64,000 bases of DNA, from NCBI RefSeq assembly GCF_037042905.1, contig NC_087252.1, positions 2,294,001 through 2,358,000 on the forward strand. The letters run 5' to 3'. Shown piece after piece: positions 28,871 to 39,122 of the stretch. The translations under genes and the position numbers were made by a program. The DNA comes from Lytechinus pictus. Taxonomy: Eukaryota. Position 1 is the first letter of the stretch; each line of letters starts with the position of its first letter. The notes under the pieces were generated by a model that searched no databases, was not told the origin of the DNA, and was given only the letters and a program-made list of their open reading frames with translations.

Positions 28871-31800
28871 TAGTCCAGTCAATATAGGGTTTGACCCACC
28901 ACTAATTGCAACACTGGATATTCTACTGCAATGCTCTCCAGGAAGGTCCCCTTAACAACATACTAAAAGTCCCAAAATATCCAAGCAGTGGAAATTTATG
29001 AAATTTGCATATTATGCAAATTAGCCATAAAAAGTTTTTAAAAAATAAGGAAAATAGTTCAAAAATTACAAATTAAGTGTCCGAAACAATTTTATTTTAG
29101 CGAAAATTAATGATAAATAACTTTAATAAATGTTTTAATCAAAAGTGCAAAAAAATCTACCTCATTTGCATAATATGCAAATAAGCATCCTCATATGGAA
29201 AAAAAATCAAGATATTGTGATTTTTCTCTCATTGACTGCTTGAAAATTTCATTAATGTTGAAATTTACATGCTGCTATCACTAAGGACGTTGAATACATT
29301 TATATTAAGCTTAGTGTCTGTAGTGTCATTTGCATATTATGCAAATAAGTATCTAACATGTAATAAAATATTCAAGAAAACACACTGGTGATACATTCCT
29401 AAAAGATTGCAAGTAGATTATCTATTGAAATTGGAATATGGCAATGCCTTACAGGAAGTTAACACCATATTAAAAGTCATTAAATAGACAAGCATAGGAA
29501 AATCACAAAATTAGCATTTTATGCAAATTAGCCATAATAAGTTGCAAATGAGGAAATAACCAAAAATTTGGAAATCAAGTGCGGAAAACAATATAAATTG
29601 AACGGAAGCTCATGATAAGCTTTACAAATTTATTAATTCTTCAAATAAAAAAAATGTGAATAAATCTGCATCATTTGCATATATATGAGCATCCTTCAAT
29701 GAAAAAAAACCCAGAAATTTTGATTTTTCTCACACAAATAGATAAACCCCCATTCCACGGGGAGAAAGACCTCCGAAAGACTGCTGTAAGACCATAAAAC
29801 TTGCTTGATCTTTCAAGGGTCTTTCAACGAACTTTCAAAGATCTCCGAGGTCTTCCACGATTCCTAATAGATCTTTCAATGGTCTTTGTGGTCCTCGCAA
29901 GTCCCAAAACTTTTTGAAACGGTTCAAAACAGTCTTTCAGTGGTCTTACAGGAAAATTGTCTTTTGATTGTCTTTCAGTGGTCTTTCGATGAACTTTCAA
30001 GTTCATATTAGTCTTTCTATTATTTTTCGGCAGTCTCTCGAGATTTTTTCGGAGATTAAAGACTCATGAGAGATCATTGAAAGATCATCGAAAGATAATT
30101 GAAAGACCAGGCAAAGTCTATGGAAAGAATTCTGAAAGATCACTTGATGCATAAACGTCTCTTTCTCTTTGCGTTTCTTGCTAGTATAGTCCACGCTGGC
30201 ATGCTCCTTGATTGCCAAGTGATCAGCACAAGATGTCACACCCAGTACAAATAAAAGCTCGTTAGCTTCGAATATTTGGTCCTTGTAGCACACCACTTGT
30301 CTTGGTGGTGAATACGAGTACTTGCTTGGATCACGAGATCTCTGGGCATGGTTTTATAAGTACCAATGAGCATTTGCCCATATGAGCGACATGAAAGCCA
30401 TTCATAAAATCATGATAAAGGCTTAAATTGTATATAGAATATTTCTCAGATACAGGAATCATGATTAGACGTTCTTGCTGAATCCAGTTGCTGCTTCAGG
30501 ATGAAGCATCCATTTTCTGTTCTTTCCTCTTTGATGAATCTCCTAAGGATGACAACTATCTCAAAATATTGTAGCTATAGTTTATAAGCAAATCGTATGC
30601 AAATAAATAAATTTCCTGATATTTATGGCAAATGAAAATTCCTCAGTGAGACATTAAACAACCAAGTAGACGTTAACAGATGAAGGACTAAGCCAGATTA
30701 TTGCCTTTCCAACAAGAGGACACAACATAACGGAACACCCTTAACATCACGATCAAATACCATACAACAATGATTAAACAGTGTGTACCCATTCCAGGAT
30801 TTGTTTGCCACTTTGTGTTACTCATTGGTGTACTGTGAGGGTATACAGAGGAATAAACCTTTCAGAAATTATGGTACGACTAGGGTGTTCGTCTGGAGGA
30901 ATGCTGACTTTCATAGTGTCATGCAGATGTACTTTGGACAATCATACAACTCTCTGTACTGAAATCCGACAAGTCGAGCATAGGAGATTGAATACCAAGA
31001 GGACTTTGACAAGAACCAAACCATTACCCATGTCTTCTTCCGACACAAGTTCCCTCAATGAGGCACTGGACATAAGTTGTGTCGGAAGAAAAGTTTTATA
31101 GGAAGGCTTGCGCATATCAGAGCTCCAAAAGCATAAGTAAGGTGAAGCTCAGAATTGATACAATGCATTAAAGAGGATCATAAAATGGTTTGTAGACAAG
31201 CCTATAATACATAATTTGTTGACTGGATTGACAATGATCCAGGCTGTAACAATTAGCATGTTGGGAGCCCTCAATATAATGTGCTATGACTACATTGGAA
31301 TAGTATTATTAAAGGAAGGCAATAGATTTTTTTTTTGTCTTCATGGTCTTAGTATTTACCACTTATCATGACGATGATGATGATGCTAGCTGGTCTACAA
31401 GTCCTGGGACCCAGTCCTGACCCAGAAATGGCTAGATAACAAATTGTTTAGTCAAGCAGGTGTAGCCAAACTACTGAAGAAATTGTTAAAGAAAACAACC
31501 TGCATGAAGCTACTAGGTCAGATGGAATCTCTGCTACACTTCTTAATGAGACTACTCATCAGATCTTACCTGCCATAAGTTTGCTTTTCCTGGGCCCCCT
31601 CGTTAAACGGTGAAATTTCAAGAAAGTCTTTGTCGTTCCCATCCATACAAGAAAGGGTTGTCAACTCTTAAAAACTACACACCAATTCAAATACTGTGCT
31701 TTGTTCTTGCCAATCCCATCATCTTGTCAGACTAAGAACATTGCTTTAGGAAATGAAGTACATATTTCCAGTATTTTTCCTTTAATATATTAATTATATT

Positions 31801-32552
31801 AGGATAAATTTGCATGCTTAGAGATAGCAGAATATCAATTTGAACAACTGAAATGTTTTCACTGCAATCAATGTGAGAAAAATAAACATTTGACATTTTC
31901 CACTTATTTACATAAAATGTGAATAAGGCAGATTTGCTAGGCTTATTTTTAATAAAAACATTGTACCTATTTATTCATCATGGACTTTTGTTCAAATTAC
32001 TTTCTGTGGACATTTAATTAGTAATCTTGGGATTATTTTCCTTATTTTCTATTTTTCAATGGCTCAATTGCATAATATGCAAATTAATGTTGAGGAATGG
32101 AGATGAATTATCATGCTTAGTAATAGTAGCATGTAAATGCCAACATTAATGAAATGCTTTCAAGCAGTCTACCTGGTCTATATAAGAAAAATCACAATAT
32201 CTTGACATTTTCTTCACAAAAGGATGCTTCTTTGAATAATATGCAAATGAGGTAGATTTTTTAGCACTTTTGATTAAAAACATTGCATTTAGTTATTTAT
32301 AATGAACTTTCATTCAAATTAAATTGTTTTGGACACTTAATTTGTAATCTATGGACTAATTTCCTTCTTTTTCTAATTTTTTTAATGGCTAATTTGCATA
32401 ATATGCAAATTTCATAAATTTCCACTGCTTGGATTTTTGGGGACTTTTGGTATGTTGTTTAGGAGACCTTCCCGGAAAGAATTTCAGTGGAATATCCAGT
32501 GTTGCAATTAGTGGTGGGTTACCCCCCTATTCTGGCTAGATTGACTGGACTA
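28871..32552. mobile_element. Non-autonomous foldback DNA transposon, Academ-like termini (TAG...CTA, 3-bp TSD AAT)
   Basis: Ends TAGTCCAGTCAAT / ATTGACTGGACTA, AAT on both flanks (28868-28870 and 32553-32555), and imperfect inverted arms several hundred bp long. The interior holds unrelated repeats and a decayed RT-like stretch (KATRSDGISATLL near 31508). Confidence 0.7.
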
Positions 32553-34056
32553 AATGGCGGATCCCTTTGAGAACCATAATCAAAATTCGCAATTTGAGAA
32601 ATACCGATTTTACCCAAGTGTGTCCCCCTTGAAAGTGAAAACCTTCTTTTTTTCTTGTCTAATTTTCCACGAAAGAAATGACCTTCGATTTTAGGTGAAA
32701 TCTTTGTTTTTCTTTTTTTGTTTTGCTCGTCATATTTTCATCGGTAAAATGTGCCCCCTCCCTTTTGGAAAATCCTCATAACGCATTTTCATGTACTATG
32801 ATACAAGATAAATGAGCAATGTAAAAAAAGATGCCCCCTTTTCAGTTTTTCAAGAATGCATAAAGCCCTTTTTTAATGCATATACATGTAGCACTAAAAA
32901 CAACAACAAGAATGCTTATAGTATTCTCATTTATTTGAATATAACATAAAAGAACACAATCAGGCCACGGCGCCTCGACTCGAACCCCGGAAAAGATCGA
33001 TATTTTTTATTTATTTATTTATTTATTTTCCACTCGTGGGCTGGATGACCCTCTTCAGCCACAGGCTGTTCTTCTGAGGGGTCCAATACCGATTAACACC
33101 CTAGCCGTGTCTTTACCGTGTAGAATAGCTCTGTAGCAGGTCTCGGCATACATGGTAGTATAAGGGTTGGAGAATATGTAATGGTGATTATTATGTTTTT
33201 AACATTATACCTGACTCGTGATGTTATCATTGCATAATTCGATAGGTAAGTTCAATATAATGTGTGTGTTTTTTTTTGTGTGTGGGTTTGTGAGAGTATG
33301 TGTGTGTACACGTTTGGTTAGCTTTATTTGCATATCATGTGCAGTACGGGCATACTCCCAAGCTTTGCTTCTTAAGGGGCCCTAAAAACCGTTCATATAT
33401 ATCATCTTGGATCCATGTCACAATAAGTTGATATGATAGCGACCCTTGTTAGAATGTCAACTACCATGACAACAGTGAATGTTCTGCTTCCTAATTGGCT
33501 ATTCCAATCGTAGCTGGTATTTATCAAGAGCTGCTATCATATCATTTTTTTAATGGAATCATGATCATTATTTTTCCTTTTTAGTCATATGTCTTTGTTT
33601 AAACATATTAAACTTGAACTTATCGCGTGTATGACGTGAATAACAAATATAATGCTCCAGGCCCGATAAGAGTAGCCATGCTATAACGTCTGTGTAACAG
33701 TATGCAGTGTTTAGAAATATTGTATTAACAAGTGCTGCACAATCTTCTTATTCTTATTATAATTATTATTATCATTATTGTTATCATCGTCTTTATGATG
33801 AGCTCCATAACTAACTCCATAACTTAAAGAATGGTGTGGGGGTAAATCTAGTTCACCATAATGGCTCATGTATACTTTCCTCAGTAGTAGTAGTGGTGGT
33901 GGTAGAAGTAGTAGTAGGTGTGTTGCTAAACTTCGAGTCTCGAGTTTCAAGTTTCGAGTCTCGAGATTCGAGTATCAATTTTCGAGTCTCGAATTTTCAA
34001 AATCACATTGGAATTAGTCATTAAATACCGTCACTTTTCCTCGAGACTCGAAGTTT

Positions 34057-34205
34057 NNNNNNNNNNNNNNNNNNNNNNNNNNNNNNNNNNNNNNNNNNNN
34101 NNNNNNNNNNNNNNNNNNNNNNNNNNNNNNNNNNNNNNNNNNNNNNNNNNNNNNNNNNNNNNNNNNNNNNNNNNNNNNNNNNNNNNNNNNNNNNNNNNNN
34201 NNNNN
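34057..34205. other. Run of N (assembly gap or mask)
   Basis: N characters. Confidence 0.99.
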
Positions 34206-34482
34206 AGTAGCACGGGCGAAAATCCCAGGGGGGGGGGGGACAGGGGGGACACGTCCCCCTACCCAAAATAGTAGGGGAGACACGAATATCAAATGTCCTC
34301 CTACTATTTTGCCTTTTAATGATGGAAAGAAATGCATCATTCAACATCGAAATAAAACATGTATTTTGGGCGAGATGACCATATTTTTTGGGTGATAACT
34401 TGTTTTTTGCTTGTCAAATTTTCCAGCCTCTGGTCCCCTTTACCTTTGGGGAGCGATTTCCGCCCTTGAGTAGTAATAGTTT

Positions 34483-34545
<63 letters not shown>

Positions 34546-34577
34546 CAGTAGTAGTAGTATTAGTAGTAGAAGTAGTA
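34483..34577 (+). repeat. (AGT)n microsatellite
   Basis: Direct reading. Confidence 0.95.
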
Positions 34578-34835
34578 TTAATAACTATTATTATCATCAT
34601 TGATTTTTATGGGTATTTGCATACCAACAGTGATAGGTGCTCAAATCTATAGCTCCCCGGCTAAGCTCGGCTTTAGGTCTTCACATTGAGATCACAATAC
34701 AAGTTCCACACTATGACAATTTTCTTCTCAGTGTGGTCACTATGTGTAAATACATGGACACAGTGAAGGAAAATTATTATCATTATTATCAATATTCTTC
34801 TTAGTCTTCATTATCATTATTTAGTGTTATTACTA

Positions 34836-34982
34836 NNNNNNNNNNNNNNNNNNNNNNNNNNNNNNNNNNNNNNNNNNNNNNNNNNNNNNNNNNNNNNNNN
34901 NNNNNNNNNNNNNNNNNNNNNNNNNNNNNNNNNNNNNNNNNNNNNNNNNNNNNNNNNNNNNNNNNNNNNNNNNNNNNNNNNN
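34836..34982. other. Run of N (assembly gap or mask)
   Basis: N characters. Confidence 0.99.
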
Positions 34983-35502
34983 TCACCATTATTATCAGCA
35001 GGAGGACATGATATCAGCGCCAAAACAAGCCTTATCATTTATGTATCAATAATAAAAACAATAATAATAATGATGATAATAATAATAATATTAATAATAA
35101 TAATAATAATAATAAAAACGATAGTGGCTACTTATGTAGCGCACAGAACACTTTCACTGCTCATGGCGCTTCTAGAAAAAATAAATATACACGCAATTAT
35201 CATTGACCATGTTAATAATTCACTTCATTTTCGCTTATTTATGGTCGATTGTATTCAGGTTTGATGCGATGAACGCAGTCAGGAGGTTTGTGAGTGTTGT
35301 TGTATTAGGAGGAGTCGCATCGATGCTGCTGCTGTTCCTCGTTTCAAACATACCGACAAAGTTTATTAGTAGTTAAGGATGAGACCTCATACCTAATTGA
35401 CCTTTGAGTGACCTTTGACCCCAACTTCCGGTCACTGTTGACCCCGTGACCCCACCTTCCGGTCAATCATGACCTTTGACCTTTGGGTACGCGGTAAACA
35501 GG

Positions 35503-35762
35503 AAATTGGATAATGACTCCGCGTGGGGAAGCGATTTTAATTGGATAATGACTCCGCGCGGGAAGCGATTTTAATTGGATAATGAAGCGCGGGACGCGAT
35601 TTTAATTGGATAATGACTCCGCGTGGGGACGCCGTCTTAATTGGATAATGACTCCGCGTGGGGACGCGATTTTAATTGGATAATGACTCCGCGTGGGGAC
35701 GCCATCTTAATTGGATAATGAAGCGCGGGACGCGATTTTAATTGGATAATGACTCCGCGTGG
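35503..35762 (+). repeat. Subterminal ~30-35-bp tandem repeat (TTAATTGGATAATGACTCCGCGTGGGGACGC...), about 8 units; about 5 inverted units at ~40085-40230
   Basis: Repeated ATTGGATAATG core read directly. Confidence 0.9.
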
Positions 35763-36677
35763 ACGGATATGTCAAGCGCCTCGCATGACGTCACCGGCTA
35801 CGCAAGCACCGTGATGTCATCCCAGGGAATTACCCTTATCCCACCGTATCGCTATTGAACCACCGTGGCGCAATCGTCACGTATAGGATACGATGCACAA
35901 AACAGACGTATGATATACACAGTTAATTCCTATTGTAACGGTTCTTTCTCCGCCTACCAGCAGATATGTCAAGTGCCTCGCGGTTCACGAATCGAGCACC
36001 CCACTCACAACCAACGCGCGTCATTGAACTTGTGATATCCTATTGGAAAGGTGAAAACCGACTCTCTGCCTCTTATTACAACAATGATTGGTAATCCAAC
36101 ATGTGATTATAATAGTGACATCTCAAGCTCTACTCATTCCAGACTTTTACACATCAAAACTCTCTGACTTTTCCATACTGTTTTGTACATACTTCCATAC
36201 TTTTCATTTTAACTCACATGACCTGCACGGCTCTCTGACTCGCAAAAGTATACTACATGCATATTTAAACCAGTAGATGACTCCTTTCAATCAACTTCAT
36301 TCATCCGCAGTACAGATGGTGATAACATGAAACACTATACAGTCAAGGATGATTATTTTATTATTATTATCATTTATTCTATTCCATTTCAATGTAGATA
36401 GGTTCAGATAGTGTATAAACAGCAGATTTTGATACAAAGGTAAAAATAATGTAAGATATGTTCTCAAATTACGTTGTCACAACAAAATAATTAACTGTTC
36501 ATTGTTAATATTAAAGTGAAGTTCTCGTTTTTCTATTTCTTCGCTTAACTTAATGGATTGTAACACATGTCTATGGATGGCATTCAGAAAATATGAACAC
36601 AATGAAGTTCAAACTGTCATTTATGTTGACGGCGTTTTCTTGGATTATTATTATTCGACAAGCTGATGTTTGTGCCT

Positions 36678-37325
36678 TTAGTTGTAGGTTCCATCTTCAC
36701 CCTCTGTTTCTTCTCCACCATCATTATCGTCATCGTCACCTTGATACTGGAATAAACCATCGAATTGTGAACCATGCCTGGCAAACACTCTCTGTACGGC
36801 TTTCCGGAATTCCATGCCATTCTCTAATCTTTCCGTGAGATCGGACACGATTTCGTGATTGATGTCAGCGTCTTCGAGGTACACGTTCTGCTGCAAGAAC
36901 TGAGAGTACAGATCGAAAAAGATGCGTTTGACTGCCCACATTAGTTTCACGTGAGCCTTTGCTTTAGCGTCTTCTTCTTCCATTCCTTCTGAGATGTATT
37001 TCTGATATTTTTCGTCTCTCAAGTCCTTGGTGGCCGTCATGGCTTGCTCTAACCATCCTCGATAAGCGAGGTTGTCTTCAGTTTCTTCCATGTTTGCTGT
37101 CATTGACGATTCGTGTCCATCGCTTTCTGATACGCTCGTTTCGGAATCACCGTTGGATTCTTCAACTCTTTGCATTTGAGAGGATGGGTCGGATTCTTCA
37201 TCTTCACTCGTTTCTTCTCCAGTATCATGCTCAATTTGTTCATGCCTCTGCATGTTATATTTCCTACTAAAAGTTTTATCGCATCGTGAACAAGCGTAAC
37301 GGTTGGACATATCCAATATATTCAT
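36678..37325 (-). CDS. Element-borne protein: single C2H2 zinc finger, acidic linker, helical domain, acidic tail (left-arm copy)
   Basis: YACSRCDKTFSRKYNMQRHEQIEH matches C-x2-C-x12-H-x4-H. The ORF is intact and intronless. The first ATG (MNILDMSNRY) was used in place of the TTG start in the ORF track. Confidence 0.75.
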   Translation of the reverse strand: MNILDMSNRYACSRCDKTFSRKYNMQRHEQIEHDTGEETSEDEESDPSSQMQRVEESNGDSETSVSESDGHESSMTANMEETEDNLAYRGWLEQAMTATKDLRDEKYQKYISEGMEEEDAKAKAHVKLMWAVKRIFFDLYSQFLQQNVYLEDADINHEIVSDLTERLENGMEFRKAVQRVFARHGSQFDGLFQYQGDDDDNDGGEETEGEDGTYN

Positions 37326-37417
37326 GCTGACTCGATGATTATTTGTTGGGAAATGAAGAAAATTAACGTTCAAACTTGTAATTATACGTAATCATGAAAC
37401 GCGCGCGAAGGTACTTT

Positions 37418-38378
37418 GATTCTTACGGATTTTTACGCATTCTTACGGATTCTTACTCATTCTTACGGATTCTTACGGATGTTTACTCATTCTTACTCAT
37501 TCTTACTCATTCTTACGGATTTTTTACGGATTCTTACGGATGTTTACGGATTCTTACGGATGTTTACGGCTTCTTACGGATGTTTACGGATTCTTACTCA
37601 TTCTTACGGATTCTTACTCATTCTTACTCATTCTTACGGATTCTTACGGATGTTTACGGATTCTTACGGATGTTTACGGATTCTTACGGATTCTTACTCA
37701 TTCTTACTCATTCTTACGGATGTTTACTCATTCTTACTCATTCTTACTCATTCTTACTCATTCTTACGGATTTTTTACGGATTCTTACGGATGTTTACGG
37801 ATTCTTACGGATGTTTACTCATTCTTACTCATTCTTACTCATTCTTACGGATTCTTACTCATTCTTACGGATTTTTTACGGATTCTTACGGATGTTTACG
37901 GATTCTTACTCATTCTTACGGATTCTTACTCATTCTTACGGATGTTTACGGATTCTTACGGATGTTTACGGATTCTTACGGATGTTTACTCATTCTTACG
38001 GATGTTTACGGATTCTTACGGATGTTTACGGATTCTTACGGATGTTTACGGATTCTTACGGATGTTTACTCATTCTTACGGATTCTTACGGATGTTTACT
38101 CATTCTTACGGATTTTTTACGGATTCTTACGGATGTTTAGCGTGGATGAACATATTTTCCTTGAGATTATATGAAGGCATTGATTAATCCGTAAGAATCC
38201 GTAAGAATGAGTAAACATCCGTAAGAATCCGTAAGAATGAGTAAGAATCCGTAAGAATCCGTAAACATCCGTAAGAATCCGTAAACATCCGTAAGAATGA
38301 GTAAACATCCGTAAGAATCCGTAAGAATGAGTAAGAATCCGTAAGAATCCGTAAGAATGAGTAAGAATCCATAAGAAT
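37418..38378. repeat. Central 10-bp variant minisatellite: forward block ~37418-38138, ~48-bp unique spacer, inverted block ~38187-38378
   Basis: Units GGATTCTTAC, GGATGTTTAC, TCATTCTTAC and an occasional 11-bp GGATTTTTTAC. Confidence 0.95.
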
Positions 38379-38471
38379 CAAAGTACCTTCGCGCGCGTTT
38401 CATGATTACGTATAATTACAAGTTTGAACGTTAATTTTCTTCATTTCCCAACAAATAATCATCGAGTCAGC

Positions 38472-39122
38472 ATGAATATATTGGATATGTCCAACCGTTA
38501 CGCTTGTTCACGATGCGATAAAACTTTTAGTAGGAAATATAACATGCAGAGGCATGAACAAATTGAGCATGATACTGGAGAAGAAACGAGTGAAGATGAA
38601 GAATCCGACCCATCCTCTCAAATGCAAAGAGTTGAAGAATCCAACGGTGATTCCGAAACGAGCGTATCAGAAAGCGATGGACACGAATCGTCAATGACAG
38701 CAAACATGGAAGAAACTGAAGACAACCTCGCTTATCGAGGATGGTTAGAGCAAGCCATGACGGCCACCAAGGACTTGAGAGACGAAAAATATCAGAAATA
38801 CATCTCAGAAGGAATGGAAGAAGAAGACGCTAAAGCAAAGGCTCACGTGAAACTAATGTGGGCAGTCAAACGCATCTTTTTCGATCTGTACTCTCAGTTC
38901 TTGCAGCAGAACGTGTACCTCGAAGACGCTGACATCAATCATGAAATCGTGTCCGATCTCACGGAAAGATTAGAGAATGGCATGGAATTCCGGAAAGCCG
39001 TACAGAGAGTGTTAGCCAGGCATGGTTCACAATTCGATGGTTTATTCCAGTATCAAGGTGACGATGACGATAATGATGATGGTGGAGAAGAAACGGAGGG
39101 TGAAGATGGAACCTACAACTAA
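38472..39122 (+). CDS. Element-borne C2H2-finger/acidic protein (right-arm copy)
   Basis: Identical to the left-arm protein except F/L in VFARH/VLARH and one extra Asp. AATAAA at ~39430. Confidence 0.75.
   Translation: MNILDMSNRYACSRCDKTFSRKYNMQRHEQIEHDTGEETSEDEESDPSSQMQRVEESNGDSETSVSESDGHESSMTANMEETEDNLAYRGWLEQAMTATKDLRDEKYQKYISEGMEEEDAKAKAHVKLMWAVKRIFFDLYSQFLQQNVYLEDADINHEIVSDLTERLENGMEFRKAVQRVLARHGSQFDGLFQYQGDDDDNDDGGEETEGEDGTYN

Noticed and set aside
34337-34603. Poly-Thr/poly-Ser ORFs and a possible link between (AGT)n and the AGTAGT element terminus
   Set aside because: It is a microsatellite translation, lies ~800 bp from the element beyond a gap, and is outside the TSD.
34008-35264. 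ORFs containing X runs
   Set aside because: They are artefacts of N gaps and ATA-rich simple repeats.
35503-35762. Possible CRISPR-like array
   Set aside because: The units are tandem variants with no unique spacers, there are no cas genes, and the context is eukaryotic.
37394-38403. Overlapping 215-252-aa ORFs in all three frames (LRILTDSYGF repeats) and short reverse ORFs
   Set aside because: They arise from a 10-bp repeat with no stop codons on one strand; there is no independent sign of coding.
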